NCBI GenBank assembly: GCA_965645245.1
Contig: OZ287082.1
Coordinates: 558,001 to 622,000 of the forward strand
DNA from: Massalongia carnosa
Taxonomy: Eukaryota
DNA length: 64,000 bases
Direction of reading: 5' to 3'
Shown: piece after piece, positions 63,899 through 64,000 of the stretch
Layout: each line of letters starts with the position of its first letter
How positions within the stretch are numbered: position 1 is the stretch's first letter
Made by a program: the position numbers and the translations under genes
The notes under the pieces: generated by a model
Told to the model about the DNA's origin: nothing
The model's input: the letters and a program-made list of their open reading frames with translations, nothing else
Database searches by the model: none

Positions 63899-64000
63899 TT
63901 TTTTTTTAATTTATTCATTAAGTGTATTCAACCTAAGGTTATGACACTAAACTATTTTAGGATATGTTTCTATATTACAAATAAATCTACCCTTTATAAC
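63899..64000 (-). mobile_element. 3' tail of another AT-rich LINE inserted antisense (runs off the window)
   Basis: Poly-T followed by the reverse complement of 62811-62900. Confidence 0.85.

Overview
Eukaryotic (filamentous ascomycete-type) DNA, mostly a deeply nested transposon cluster. About 85% of the window resolves into elements, many with visible TIRs/LTRs and target-site duplications (TSDs): two head-to-head hAT copies, three pogo/Fot1-type families, a MULE, a piggyBac remnant, Copia elements, a near-intact Gypsy chromovirus, several solo LTRs, a 591-bp TRIM, two LINE groups (Tad1-like and an AT-rich RNase H-bearing family), and a tyrosine-recombinase (DIRS/Ngaro-like) retroelement. 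One host-derived island (about 45-52 kb) holds a pseudogenised NB-ARC/TPR NLR whose N-terminus is only a ~30-aa G/N/Q/V/I-rich peptide on two micro-exons. It lies head-to-head with a SesB-like alpha/beta hydrolase, the layout of fungal amyloid-signalling NLR/effector pairs, with a motif I do not recognise. Decayed RING, kinase and hypothetical genes follow. The best candidates for novelty are the NLR/SesB pair and a TRIM whose primer-binding site is perfectly complementary to its own LTR. All calls come from reading the sequence by eye; no database searches were run.
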